Of a DNA stretch of 64,000 bases, positions 31,463-45,544 are shown piece by piece. The DNA is from the human T2T-CHM13v2.0 reference genome, Homo sapiens. A program made the translations under genes and the position numbers. The stretch lies in assembly GCF_009914755.1 (NCBI RefSeq), contig NC_060931.1; one strand, given 5' to 3'. Each line of letters begins with the position of its first letter. The first letter of the stretch is position 1. The notes beneath the pieces were generated by a model, which searched no databases, was not told the origin of the DNA, and saw only the letters and a program-made list of their open reading frames with translations.

Positions 31463-32210
31463 GTAATTGGAACTTTGGCTTTTATCCTCGCAGGAACATA
31501 TCTGCACTGACCTTTTGGTGAACAAATACAACTCCTTTACTTGGATGACACAGCAGTTTAAAGTAATGCTTATTTTTACAGAAGCACTTCAGCTTAGAAT
31601 TAACCAAATATGTATAGCATTCCTCTTTCCAAATAATCCCAAAGGTATAATCAAATTTAGACTAGTCATGGAAAACAGCGTGGAGATTTCTCAAAAAACT
31701 AAAAGAATTATCAGGTATTTATCCAAAGGAAAGGAAATCAGTGTATCAAAGGGACACCTGCACCCCCATGTTTATTGCAGCAATATTCACAATAGCCTTG
31801 TAGTTTTAGCGCTTAGAGGCATTTAAACAGCCTCTCTCCTCCAGACTACTTCACTGTAGTTTATTATCCCTGACCCTCCACAATGTGATTACCAACCGCT
31901 AGGATGAGTTGCATCTTATTATAAAGTAGCAAATTACAAGATTGTAACATTAGACTTTTTAAGAAAATCCAGTCAGCTTTTATACTAATCCATCTTAATT
32001 TCTAGGTTACTCAGAATTCCAGGTATTCTGATTTGGACTCACATCTCGTATTGTATTGCCTGTATTTAACTAGGAAGTTACTGCCAACAGCATCTATCTC
32101 TATTAAATGTAGAGGAATTGACAAAAGAGGGGAAAGAAAGTTGTTAGGTAATAGAACTGCTTCAGAAATAGGGCTATTCATGTTTGAAGTGTTTCTCCTT
32201 CGTTTTTCAG

Positions 32211-33461
32211 GGCATCTCATTGGGAGATATTCCTCTTCCAGGCAGTATCAGTGATGGCATGAATTCTTCAGCACATTATCATGTAAACTTCAGCCAGGCT
32301 ATAAGTCAGGATGTGAATCTTCATGAGGCCATCTTGCTTTGTCCCAACAATACATTTAGAAGAGATCCAACAGCAAGGACTTCACAGTCACAAGAACCAT
32401 TTCTGCAGTTAAATTCTCATACCACCAATCCTGAGCAAACCCTTCCTGGAACTAATTTGACAGGATTTCTTTCACCGGTTGACAATCATATGAGGAATCT
32501 AACAAGCCAAGACCTACTGTATGACCTTGACATAAATATATTTGATGAGATAAACTTAATGTCATTGGCCACAGAAGACAACTTTGATCCAATCGATGTT
32601 TCTCAGCTTTTTGATGAACCAGATTCTGATTCTGGCCTTTCTTTAGATTCAAGTCACAATAATACCTCTGTCATCAAGTCTAATTCCTCTCACTCTGTGT
32701 GTGATGAAGGTGCTATAGGTTATTGCACTGACCATGAATCTAGTTCCCATCATGACTTAGAAGGTGCTGTAGGTGGCTACTACCCAGAACCCAGTAAGCT
32801 TTGTCACTTGGATCAAAGTGATTCTGATTTCCATGGAGATCTTACATTTCAACACGTATTTCATAACCACACTTACCACTTACAGCCAACTGCACCAGAA
32901 TCTACTTCTGAACCTTTTCCGTGGCCTGGGAAGTCACAGAAGATAAGGAGTAGATACCTTGAAGACACAGATAGAAACTTGAGCCGTGATGAACAGCGTG
33001 CTAAAGCTTTGCATATCCCTTTTTCTGTAGATGAAATTGTCGGCATGCCTGTTGATTCTTTCAATAGCATGTTAAGTAGATATTATCTGACAGACCTACA
33101 AGTCTCACTTATCCGTGACATCAGACGAAGAGGGAAAAATAAAGTTGCTGCGCAGAACTGTCGTAAACGCAAATTGGACATAATTTTGAATTTAGAAGAT
33201 GATGTATGTAACTTGCAAGCAAAGAAGGAAACTCTTAAGAGAGAGCAAGCACAATGTAACAAAGCTATTAACATAATGAAACAGAAACTGCATGACCTTT
33301 ATCATGATATTTTTAGTAGATTAAGAGATGACCAAGGTAGGCCAGTCAATCCCAACCACTATGCTCTCCAGTGTACCCATGATGGAAGTATCTTGATAGT
33401 ACCCAAAGAACTGGTGGCCTCAGGCCACAAAAAGGAAACCCAAAAGGGAAAGAGAAAGTGA
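32211..33461 (+). CDS. NFE2L3: NFE2L3 exon 4 CDS (DSGLS degron-like motif, CNC and bZIP domains)
   Basis: Acceptor ttttcag|GGC; IRDIRRRGKNKVAAQNCRKRK basic region; TGA ends 33461; exons total 190+60+28+416=694 aa. Confidence 0.98.
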   Translation, partial: GISLGDIPLPGSISDGMNSSAHYHVNFSQAISQDVNLHEAILLCPNNTFRRDPTARTSQSQEPFLQLNSHTTNPEQTLPGTNLTGFLSPVDNHMRNLTSQDLLYDLDINIFDEINLMSLATEDNFDPIDVSQLFDEPDSDSGLSLDSSHNNTSVIKSNSSHSVCDEGAIGYCTDHESSSHHDLEGAVGGYYPEPSKLCHLDQSDSDFHGDLTFQHVFHNHTYHLQPTAPESTSEPFPWPGKSQKIRSRYLEDTDRNLSRDEQRAKALHIPFSVDEIVGMPVDSFNSMLSRYYLTDLQVSLIRDIRRRGKNKVAAQNCRKRKLDIILNLEDDVCNLQAKKETLKREQAQCNKAINIMKQKLHDLYHDIFSRLRDDQGRPVNPNHYALQCTHDGSILIVPKELVASGHKKETQKGKRK

Positions 33462-33945
33462 GAAGAAACTGAAGATGGACTCTATTATGTGAAGTAGTAA
33501 TGTTCAGAAACTGATTATTTGGATCAGAAACCATTGAAACTGCTTCAAGAATTGTATCTTTAAGTACTGCTACTTGAATAACTCAGTTAACGCTGTTTTG
33601 AAGCTTACATGGACAAATGTTTAGGACTTCAAGATCACACTTGTGGGCAATCTGGGGGAGCCACAACTTTTCATGAAGTGCATTGTATACAAAATTCATA
33701 GTTATGTCCAAAGAATAGGTTAACATGAAAACCCAGTAAGACTTTCCATCTTGGCAGCCATCCTTTTTAAGAGTAAGTTGGTTACTTCAAAAAGAGCAAA
33801 CACTGGGGATCAAATTATTTTAAGAGGTATTTCAGTTTTAAATGCAAAATAGCCTTATTTTCATTTAGTTTGTTAGCACTATAGTGAGCTTTTCAAACAC
33901 TATTTTAATCTTTATATTTAACTTATAAATTTTGCTTTCTATGGA

Positions 33946-33969
33946 AATAAATTTTGTATTTGTATTAAA
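33946..33969 (+). terminator. NFE2L3: NFE2L3 polyadenylation signals (AATAAA 33946-33951, ATTAAA 33964-33969)
   Basis: Hexamers in U-rich context ~490 nt after the stop codon. Confidence 0.7.
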
Positions 33970-36900
33970 AATTAACTTTTCCCTTTTATACAGAATCTGA
34001 ACCAAATTTACCTTACTTTCCTTCCAAAATATCCACATTCAGGAATATAGGTGAATAACAAATAAGGCAGCATAGCAAACTGCTCAGACTCAAGCCAAAT
34101 TGAGGTCAACATAGTATGCCAAATCCATAGTAAGGCAAATCCACCCCCCTACCCCAATACTTAACACACAGAATACTATGTGATATAGAATGCACTGAAG
34201 ACCTACGGTCACTGGTAGTTTGAGCCACAGGCCTTCCTCATGTAACCAGAGACAGAATGGGCTACTTGCAAAAACGTAACTCCTTGTGTGTATATTAAAT
34301 CCATAAAATCTCTGGCAGTAAAGCCAGCCTGAAGGGATGGCCTCACCATCTTAGAATACTGAGATCTCACCAGAACACTGTAAGCCATATAAACAGTAGG
34401 GAAAGAGTCAGCAACAGTGAAACCATCTGTTTAAAATGGGCAAAAGCGATTAAGGGAAAAAAAACAGGTGAATTTGAAAATAAACCAGGGTAAGGTAAAT
34501 TCTAGAAATAATAGCATTTGAAATGAAAACCTCACTTAAGTTCACTAGAACAGTAAACAGGAGATTGCTGAATTTTTTGAAGACAGCAATGACCTCACCT
34601 AGATGACTCAAGTTTGGGGAACATCAAGATTTTGACGGGTACTATAATGCTTAATATGTCCAAATTTTCAAAATGAAGTTTCTCAGATATTATTTCTGCC
34701 ATAGGAGCTACAGTGTAGAGTATCACATAAGTATCTTGGGCTAGAGAAATGCAGTTTATATATACCGTTGGATTTTTATAATAAAGTTTCCCAAGACCTG
34801 TTATTTTGCCAGAAATGCTTCTAGTATGCTTCTAGATAAAATTGCCCCTTCAGTGACTCATGGTGTTCAAATGATCATTTTAGTCTGTTGCTTTTTACAA
34901 GGGAGTATTTCAAATGTCTTAAGCTTTTGATAATTATAATTTAAGAACACACATAAAACATTTCAGTAGGAAATCCTACTAAGTACACTCAAAAGAGTGC
35001 CTGCTTATCAGATAGCATTCTTTTCAAACCTCTAAAATAAAAGACAGTGGAGAGCAGAATCGGTAATCATGGTGACTCTTGTTACCCATGCTGAAGTGCA
35101 GTGGCCCCAATAAAAGATCCAGCCTCAAACTCCTGGACTGCCTCAGCCTCCCGAGCTGCTCAGATTATGGACCGCCATGCCTGGCCTGAAGTTTAAACTC
35201 TAAAAACCCTTAAATATAGCACACACAGATCTAGTAACTGCAAACTGAATATATTTAAAGATGGTAGTGTCTGTACTGAACTTTATTCCCCATACATAAT
35301 GCAGCATACCATTTACCTAGCTTCTACCTTGGATTAAATATTGGGTAACCTAGACAACTCAAGTGTATGAGATGTGCTTAGACCACGTGCAAATACACGT
35401 TTCATACAAGGGGGCTAGAGCATCCACATTTTGGTATTGTGGAGGTTCCTGAAACTGATGGGCCCCTCTCCCATCAAGGGACTTTTAATCGGCGCATTAA
35501 GCAGCCAGCGTCACAAGCTCTAATTGGCTATGGGCTGGCTTCCTGACATAACCCTGCCTCCATCTTAACATGCTGGATTCAAGGTATATAAACTGCAACT
35601 GCTTTTCTGACAGTCCAGTTTTAGAGGCAGAAGGGAATTCCACATTCGGCTTCCAGTGCAAACCAACTAGATTACAAAGCCAATGCCCGAAAGCTGACCA
35701 TTGCCTAGGACCCTCCACATTACCTACCTAGTTGAGCAGTCTTGATTGCATCATCTAACGTCTTAATCAGAATGAGGAAGACAAGAACAAAGACAACCCA
35801 AGTGGGTTGGACATCTCCTTTTCCAATTAAAACTATCACTTGAGCATCTTCACAAGTGTGATCAGATTTTAGGCCAATTGTACGGCAACTCCAAGCAAAA
35901 AAAGACCTAGATTTCTAGTGGTCCCCTGGTCTCAAGGTAGGCTTCGGTTCAGCAGAGCTTCAGAACCAGTATACAGGGTTTTGTGTGGTAATATTAACGT
36001 CTTTTAAACGCACTCAAGTAGCTAAATCATTCCCCATCTCAGTCTCTGAACGATTTGTTCTCTGTTAAGTCCATGCAACTCAACTGATTTGTTACCAATT
36101 CCCCTCCACTACCCCAAAACAAGCCAGTGTTAGTGCATTACTAAATAGTGGAAATGTCAAAAATTATGTAGGGCCTGTCAACATCTCAGTATATTAGTTC
36201 CAAACCTTAAAGAGAGCGAATTTATGTAACATGCAGTCCAGGTGTCCTGACAGATGTTTTCCACTTTTCAACCATCAGTGACAAACTGAGACTTGTTGCC
36301 TTACATTGTTAGCTCCCAATGCCTAACTAGTATTTATTAGGTCAAGCAATTTGGCATCTACCAAATTGGGCTACATGGAAAAGCTTACACATACAGAAAT
36401 CTGGTTTCACACTAGTGAATAAACTGAGTAAGGGCACCCCCTTGAGTGTGACAGCTGGCATCTGAGAGTTCCCAATGCTCCCTGCCTGCTTGGTAATTGT
36501 ACCAGGGAAAAGAACCCTCCCACCACATTCTGTGACCATAAAGGATGCAAGATAGCACGACTACTTCGTAGAGCGTGTTCATTTTACAGCTTTTCTTGCT
36601 CAAATCACTCACCGAGGGAAGATGACAACCAGGATTAACTTTAAAGCTGTTAGTATGCCACTCTGGATATTAAAAAAATTCTCCAATCCTAGTTTTCTGT
36701 GATTGGAACCTTGAGCTTTACCCAGAATCAGTTAAGTTGCTCCCAATTGCTGACCCATAGATGCTGGTTTGTTTCTCTGAACTGCTCTTAAGTATTGAGG
36801 TAAGTTGTTACACAGCAACAATATAAAGCCTTGGCCAAAAAGCAGCCTTTCTTCATTTAGGGCACTGTCTCAAAGCTACACAAGAACTACCTTAAACTTC

Positions 36901-37604
36901 AATTTCTACAAGAGAAACAGCTCAACACAACATATACACACAGGAAATAAGCCTATGTTGAATATCCAACATTACCCCCATGCTTCAGTAAACCCTCCTT
37001 CAATCAGTTCATTTCAGTCTATTGTGCAATTACCTAATTCTCCCCTATTTGTGTGATATTCCCTTGACCTTGGCTGGATAGGAGTTGGTATTTTGAGGTT
37101 ATGCATATCAACCTGATGTATTTCAAAGTTCAACGTCTTTGTACATCCACACATTTTTAAACCTTCAAAATTTTCTTAAAGTTGGGATATTTGTACGTCT
37201 TTAATTGACGAACTCAGCTATTTCAAACAGAAAGCTGCTTTCTATGTGTTACCTGCTGTTAAATTTGACTTACCTGTTAGATACCTCACATTATCAAAAC
37301 CAAAACAAATTATCATAGAAACAAATTAACCTGGTCTTTTTGGTTTTCTTAATTCAGATAAATGTCCAAATAAACACATTTAAAAAGCAACACTGATATT
37401 CATTTACTCAGTGTAAACCACAATAAAACTAATTGACATTTGACAATCTAGCACATATTGTAAACCTCAGTGCTTCTGCAAAGCCACTTAATCTGGACCA
37501 CTCCAGCCGGTTAACCTTTAAAATCCATGATTTTCAAAATGCCACCAGTATTGCTAAACGTAAAAGTAAAGCCAGAAACTTTAGGAGTACTCAAACGCTG
37601 AATA

Positions 37605-40016
37605 TACAGTGCATAATGAACAGCATTTTATTGGGGACAGCCAATAATGTCCACAATGCTCTTCTCATTTACCTGTTAATATTAAAATATGCATAGCTTT
37701 GTGAAACTGCTTTTAAAAATTTAGGGGATGGTGATCTTTTAGACAACCAAATATTTATAGAACAAGATTCACACATTTTATGTGTAAACATTACACCAAG
37801 TATTTGGATACAAAAAGTATTTATTTTATAAACTTTATATTTAAAATAGAATTGTAATCTGTCTACTCACAAAACCTAATTTAAAACATGATACATTTAT
37901 CTCTCTAGCCAATTTGATGTTACTGTTTTACAAACAACACTCATTTTGTAATTGTTTTATATCAAGAACCTCAACTAAATGTTTGTTTTATCAGAAAACA
38001 TTTCCCTTTTATTTTAAAGAGTGCTTTTTAAATGAAGGCACCAACAAGAACTACTTTCAGATGGTACAGAATTTCTTATTTCTTGAAGACTCTGTGGTTG
38101 ACCACTTCTTCATTAGTTACCTGCAGCAAGACACCTTCCTGCCAAAGGAAAAAAAAAGTATCTGAAGAAGTTTATCATGTTTGTCCAAAAGAACCTAAAC
38201 AACTTCAGTGGTGGTCTTAGGATCAAAGAAGACTCATTGGTGTATAGAGTAAGCCCTGAGTATCACATTCCTGTAAAGGCAATAAAGCCGGGCAATCAAA
38301 CTGATCATATCTAAGGAATGAATTTCAACAGCCAACCTACAACTTTCTCTTCAGGGTAAGACACTGAACTAGAATTACCACATTTAACCCACCTATTTAG
38401 TACTGGATACATACCAGGCTTCATAATGCAGACAAGACACTTCACTCAAGTATGAACTACTATCTGAAAATAGATTCAACCATTTTTGCCCTACCTTCTT
38501 TCAGTCTCATCCTGATAAGCATGTACAGTTACAACCATAAATACAACAAATGTCTTTAATAAAAACCCCTAGTTCACTCAAAATGTTTGATCCAAGAAAT
38601 GTGAATACACAAGGGTGTAACGATGGGAAATCTCATGATTTATTGAACTTGCAGCCTAACTTTTACCTACCATTTTACTACCAACACCACTGAAGGAACC
38701 AAGAAAAGCTTTATTAATGATCACTTGGCTTGCCTCAGCTGTTGAAATGAAGCACTTTACAGTCTTTGTGGCAGCAGAATATACTTGTCCATGGTTCATA
38801 TCAATGCTAAAATTCCGGCAGGGAAAAAAATGATATGTTAAGCACCCAAATCTTCACATGGAGGGGGAGGGGGTGGGAAAAGAAGGAAAAAAAGGGAAAA
38901 ACAACCAAAATAATTTAAGTAAATGACAGATTGGAAAACAGGGTTTATAAAAATTATTCTCTTGAGTTTATAAATTGTTAAACTCAATTTATAGCTATGT
39001 TAAACTACGTAAGAACCACTATACTGAAAGACCATTTAAGAGTATTAGTTTATCTTTTAGGGAGGAAAATTAAGAAAGGAAAAGTAAATAAGATCTTACC
39101 TAAAGAAGTTTAACTGAAGCTTAGAACTATTTTGCTCTACACCCTCAGCTTTCGTTGGCATCCTTATAAACTACTGTAGTTAAAGTTTTGTAGAAACAGC
39201 ACAGTTTTTTAAGACTGGCTGAACTTAGTAGCCGTCAAGAGTTCTCTTGTACTAGACCTGTGTCCCTGAAGAGTACCTCGCTGGGGTTATTTCCTTTCCT
39301 TGCATTGAAGAAGCAGCATCTAAAAGATCTAAAAAGGTGTTTCTCCTTGCAGAGATATCCCTTAAGTTATCTACATAATTTAATCCTGATGAATTGCAGA
39401 CAACACACTTACATCTGACCAGCATTTATCTTATACAAATATAACAACAGCTTTGCAACGGACCTTAATTATACTACCCACTCCTTAACTTATTTAAAAT
39501 AAAAAGTCTATAATTACACAATTTCCTTTAGAATTATTTTATTAAATCATAAATGTACAACAGCTTCTTAACTCTACACACGCACTTAAATTTTTTTAAA
39601 GGAAAAACGTTATGTCTTATTACACCATGATCCTGGCTAATAGCTTTTCAAAACTTTGAGAAAAATCTTAAAAAAGGTTTCACATGTCACCTGAAACTTA
39701 CAAATTTAACATTATCAAAGAAGGAATGCTTCTACACTCTTACAAAGACCACTAGAAAGAAACAACAATTAAAAAGCTAAGAAACTGTCTCAAAGGCATT
39801 TTTTTTTACAATCCTTCCTCCACAGTAAGGTAATGTTATTAAATAATCCAATCCATTCACAAAATGGCTCTCTGCATCTGCTCTGGTGTCTTCTGCCATA
39901 TCACTGCATATTTATGCATGACTGAGATAAGAGTTTCCTTAACATTGTTATTTCGATAACCTGAAGCTGTTCTGTTACCTCTGGGCTCTCATCCTCTCCT
40001 ATTTATACAGTGAAGC
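37605..40016 (-). other. HNRNPA2B1: HNRNPA2B1 non-coding exon 12 / long 3'UTR with alternative poly(A) signals
   Basis: Acceptor acag|GCTTCA at 40016; minus-strand AATAAA at 39543-39538, 38715-38710, 37632-37627; no interspersed repeats seen. Confidence 0.8.
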
Positions 40017-40193
40017 CTGTTTCAACAGAAGTAAAGAGTAAAAAAAAAATAGGTTATGAAATTATCCATCTAACCAGATTTTAAGGAAAGATAACATGAT
40101 CCTAAAAAGCTTTTACTCCTGCAGCTATGTCTCCCAAGATAATAATAATTGTAAAACTCAAAAGCTACTTACCCATGGCAAATAGGAAGAAGC

Positions 40194-40255
40194 TCAGTAT
40201 CGGCTCCTCCCACCATAACCCCCACTTCCTCCACTGCCTCCTGGACCATAGTTTC
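40194..40255 (-). CDS. HNRNPA2B1: HNRNPA2B1 exon 11 coding part (...GGRSRY*)
   Basis: TGA at 40196-40194; A2 CDS totals 1026 nt = 341 aa + stop; exon continues to donor TGG|gtaagt at 40173/40172. Confidence 0.96.
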
Positions 40256-40920
40256 CTATAATTGTTGGAACAGCAAGAGAAAACAAACTTACTTTGATTT
40301 CCCATGATCAGCCTAACACTACAGTTGATTCTATTTTATATCCATCCAGTCTTTTAAACAAGCAGATCCTAATCCTTTGCAGCCAGTTAGCAGAATTACT
40401 CAGGAGATAAATTACTCGGGTTCATAGACATTTTTATTTCGTGGCTGACCCTATTCTTTTAAATAAAGGGTCCTTTCACCCTCTCATCCTCATTTGGACT
40501 GAGTAAGGGATTTTTTTAAAAGTACATCAAGCCCAAGACAAAGCTAGTTTACTCCTAGCTAAAAACCTCAAAAATAAGCTAAGCAATGGTTTGAATCATG
40601 GTTTAAGGATTTAACTTCAAAGACCCTCATTCCAATGTATACCACTTGCAATGTGGGTTGCAACTGTATTTAGCTGTTTATGAGTCCCCACCAGAAATTA
40701 AACTACTGAACACCCCCACCTCCAACATCCCTAATCCCAATTTGATGTCATAACTGCTTGCTGAGTACTTCTGTGGAGATTTATGCAAAATTTCTTTATT
40801 TTCACTAAGACCGTACATGGAGCACTGCCCACAGTACAAACTACTTAGTATGTTATCTTCCCTTTAAGTCACAAAAGGCTAATCCTTTAATCACAAAAAT
40901 CTGAATAACCTCAATTTTTA

Positions 40921-41088
<168 letters not shown>

Positions 41089-41211
41089 TTAAACCAAGGA
41101 CTTAGGACAAAGCTCCCATAAAAACAAATAAAAGCAAACACTTATCCACAAATTTTATGGGCATCTAGTGACAAACATGGAAACAAAAGATCAAGTGTTA
41201 CAAAGACATTA

Positions 41212-41490
<279 letters not shown>

Positions 41491-41791
41491 CTAAAATAGC
41501 TTCAAGGACTGAATAACTATCCTTGGTAAACATTTGGTGGCTGGGGTTACTCAGCCAAATGGATAACACCATGTGCACACAGTTAAATACCTGTAATTCC
41601 ACAGCTTTCCCTCAAAACTAAAAATCTTAAGTATCTTGAAATACTTCATGTATATTGTGGGTAAGGACTGTGAGGCTAGACTAGTAGTGTGGGCTAGAGG
41701 GAAAGTAAAAGAGCACTTCCTCCTACTGGCCCAAAAGATAAAGTTTCTATTATGTCTCTCTACGAATTACATATCTTAAAACAATGTTCTC

Positions 41792-42788
<997 letters not shown>

Positions 42789-43480
42789 GAAACCATATTA
42801 AAAAAAAAAAAAAAGCTTGTGGGCTGAGTCTCTAACTTGTAGTTAAATACAAGAACTCAGCTTCCTCTAAAATTTTAATTATAAAAAGTAGAACAGTGAG
42901 ATACACTATTTAGTCATGCCTATTGAGTGGCAACACCAGAAATCAAGTCTATTACCAGCTCAGTTTTAAATGTCCCTTGTTACAAAATCTGTCAGTGTGT
43001 ATCAGCCTTTTCTGTACGCCAATGATATATCACACTTCATGTTTAATGGTAGTTCACAACCTTATCTGCAGCCAGGAGCACACTAAACATTTTGGAACAT
43101 TTCCGTAGGTTACGCTTTTTGAAAGTTATCCTGGGATGCTTCCCATCTAGTTACGGGTTTAGACATATTTCATATTTTTTCCTACATATACCACCCCCTT
43201 AGGTTTTACTCTGTTAAATCCAGTATTCTGTACTTTTCCAGAGAAGCACGTACAAAGATATATCTAGATCCAATCATTTTGCTTGAGAAAAGATGAGATA
43301 CTCTGATGGTTATCTTTACATTTTCATTTAAAATGGCACTCTATTCCTTAGGCTATAACAGCTAAGATGGCAAAACTACTTAGAAATAACTGGACCACTA
43401 TCACCCAAGCCATTTATAGACACTAATATAAAATGTTTAAAAACTCAAAATATAAATGAAGTAAATATACGATATAGTTA

Positions 43481-43720
<240 letters not shown>

Positions 43721-44055
43721 TTACCCACAAAACATGAAAGCATATAATTAAATCTACCGCCTAAATTTTGGACTCTTAACAAGTCTCAATCTTAGAGATT
43801 CCATCCTATTTATACGTAAGAATGACACTTGATGGGGGTCAAAGCTTTTCGGATGACACTTCATGTTACATTATTAATCCAGATAAATACAACTGTTATT
43901 AATACAACTCTATTAACTTCTTGTCTGGCCAAATCACAAGAGCTTGCCAGGATACAATCTATTTGAAGTCTTAGGAAAATTGACTTAGGTTGGATTTCTT
44001 GATTCTACTAATGAAAACCTAATCATATTTAAAATAAAAGCACACTCATCCTTTA

Positions 44056-44361
<306 letters not shown>

Positions 44362-44401
44362 TTAAATTAAATCAACAATATTAAGCAGCTTCAAAAGTTT
44401 A

Positions 44402-44695
<294 letters not shown>

Positions 44696-44980
44696 CTAAA
44701 ATAGTGGTGGGGTAAAAGTCATCCAAACAGAAAAAAACACAAGCATAATTCAAAGCACCCAACCGTAGTACCATACTTCGCTTGTATCCACCTTAAAACT
44801 ACCAGATATAAAATAGCTTTTAGGGACCTAGCTTTTGAAAAATAAGCTAGCTTAAGAAAATGGTCCAGAAACCCAACACACCTTTAATAAGAGAAAAAAT
44901 CTTGAGTTAAAACTAAATTCAGAAATAGTTTCTGATTTTCAGCAGGGCAGCGTTCTTCATGTTAATGCACAAGACAGTCA

Positions 44981-45142
<162 letters not shown>

Positions 45143-45260
45143 TCAAACCAAAGGGTAAACTTTAGCATTTAATCTCATTATAGCTTATAAGTGAAGTCAT
45201 AATAGAATTTTTTACTATGCTGATAGTTATTTCCTCCATGATTCACTTAACATACAGCTA

Positions 45261-45437
<177 letters not shown>

Positions 45438-45508
45438 TTATTTACATTTTCCTCTTTGTATGCAGGAAATTAAATTCTTAAATATGAGGTGACCTGCTGG
45501 CAGAGTAC

Positions 45509-45544
45509 CTTTTTCCTCTCCAAAGGAACAGTTTCTAAAGTTTT
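45509..45544 (-). CDS. HNRNPA2B1: HNRNPA2B1 exon 2, B1-specific 36-nt cassette (KTLETVPLERKK)
   Basis: ccccag|AAA ACT TTA...AAA AAG|gtactc. Confidence 0.95.

Noticed and set aside
32184-32210. N-terminal MKCFSFVFQ of the 425-aa ORF
   Set aside because: Intronic polypyrimidine tract read from a TTG; the exon starts at 32211
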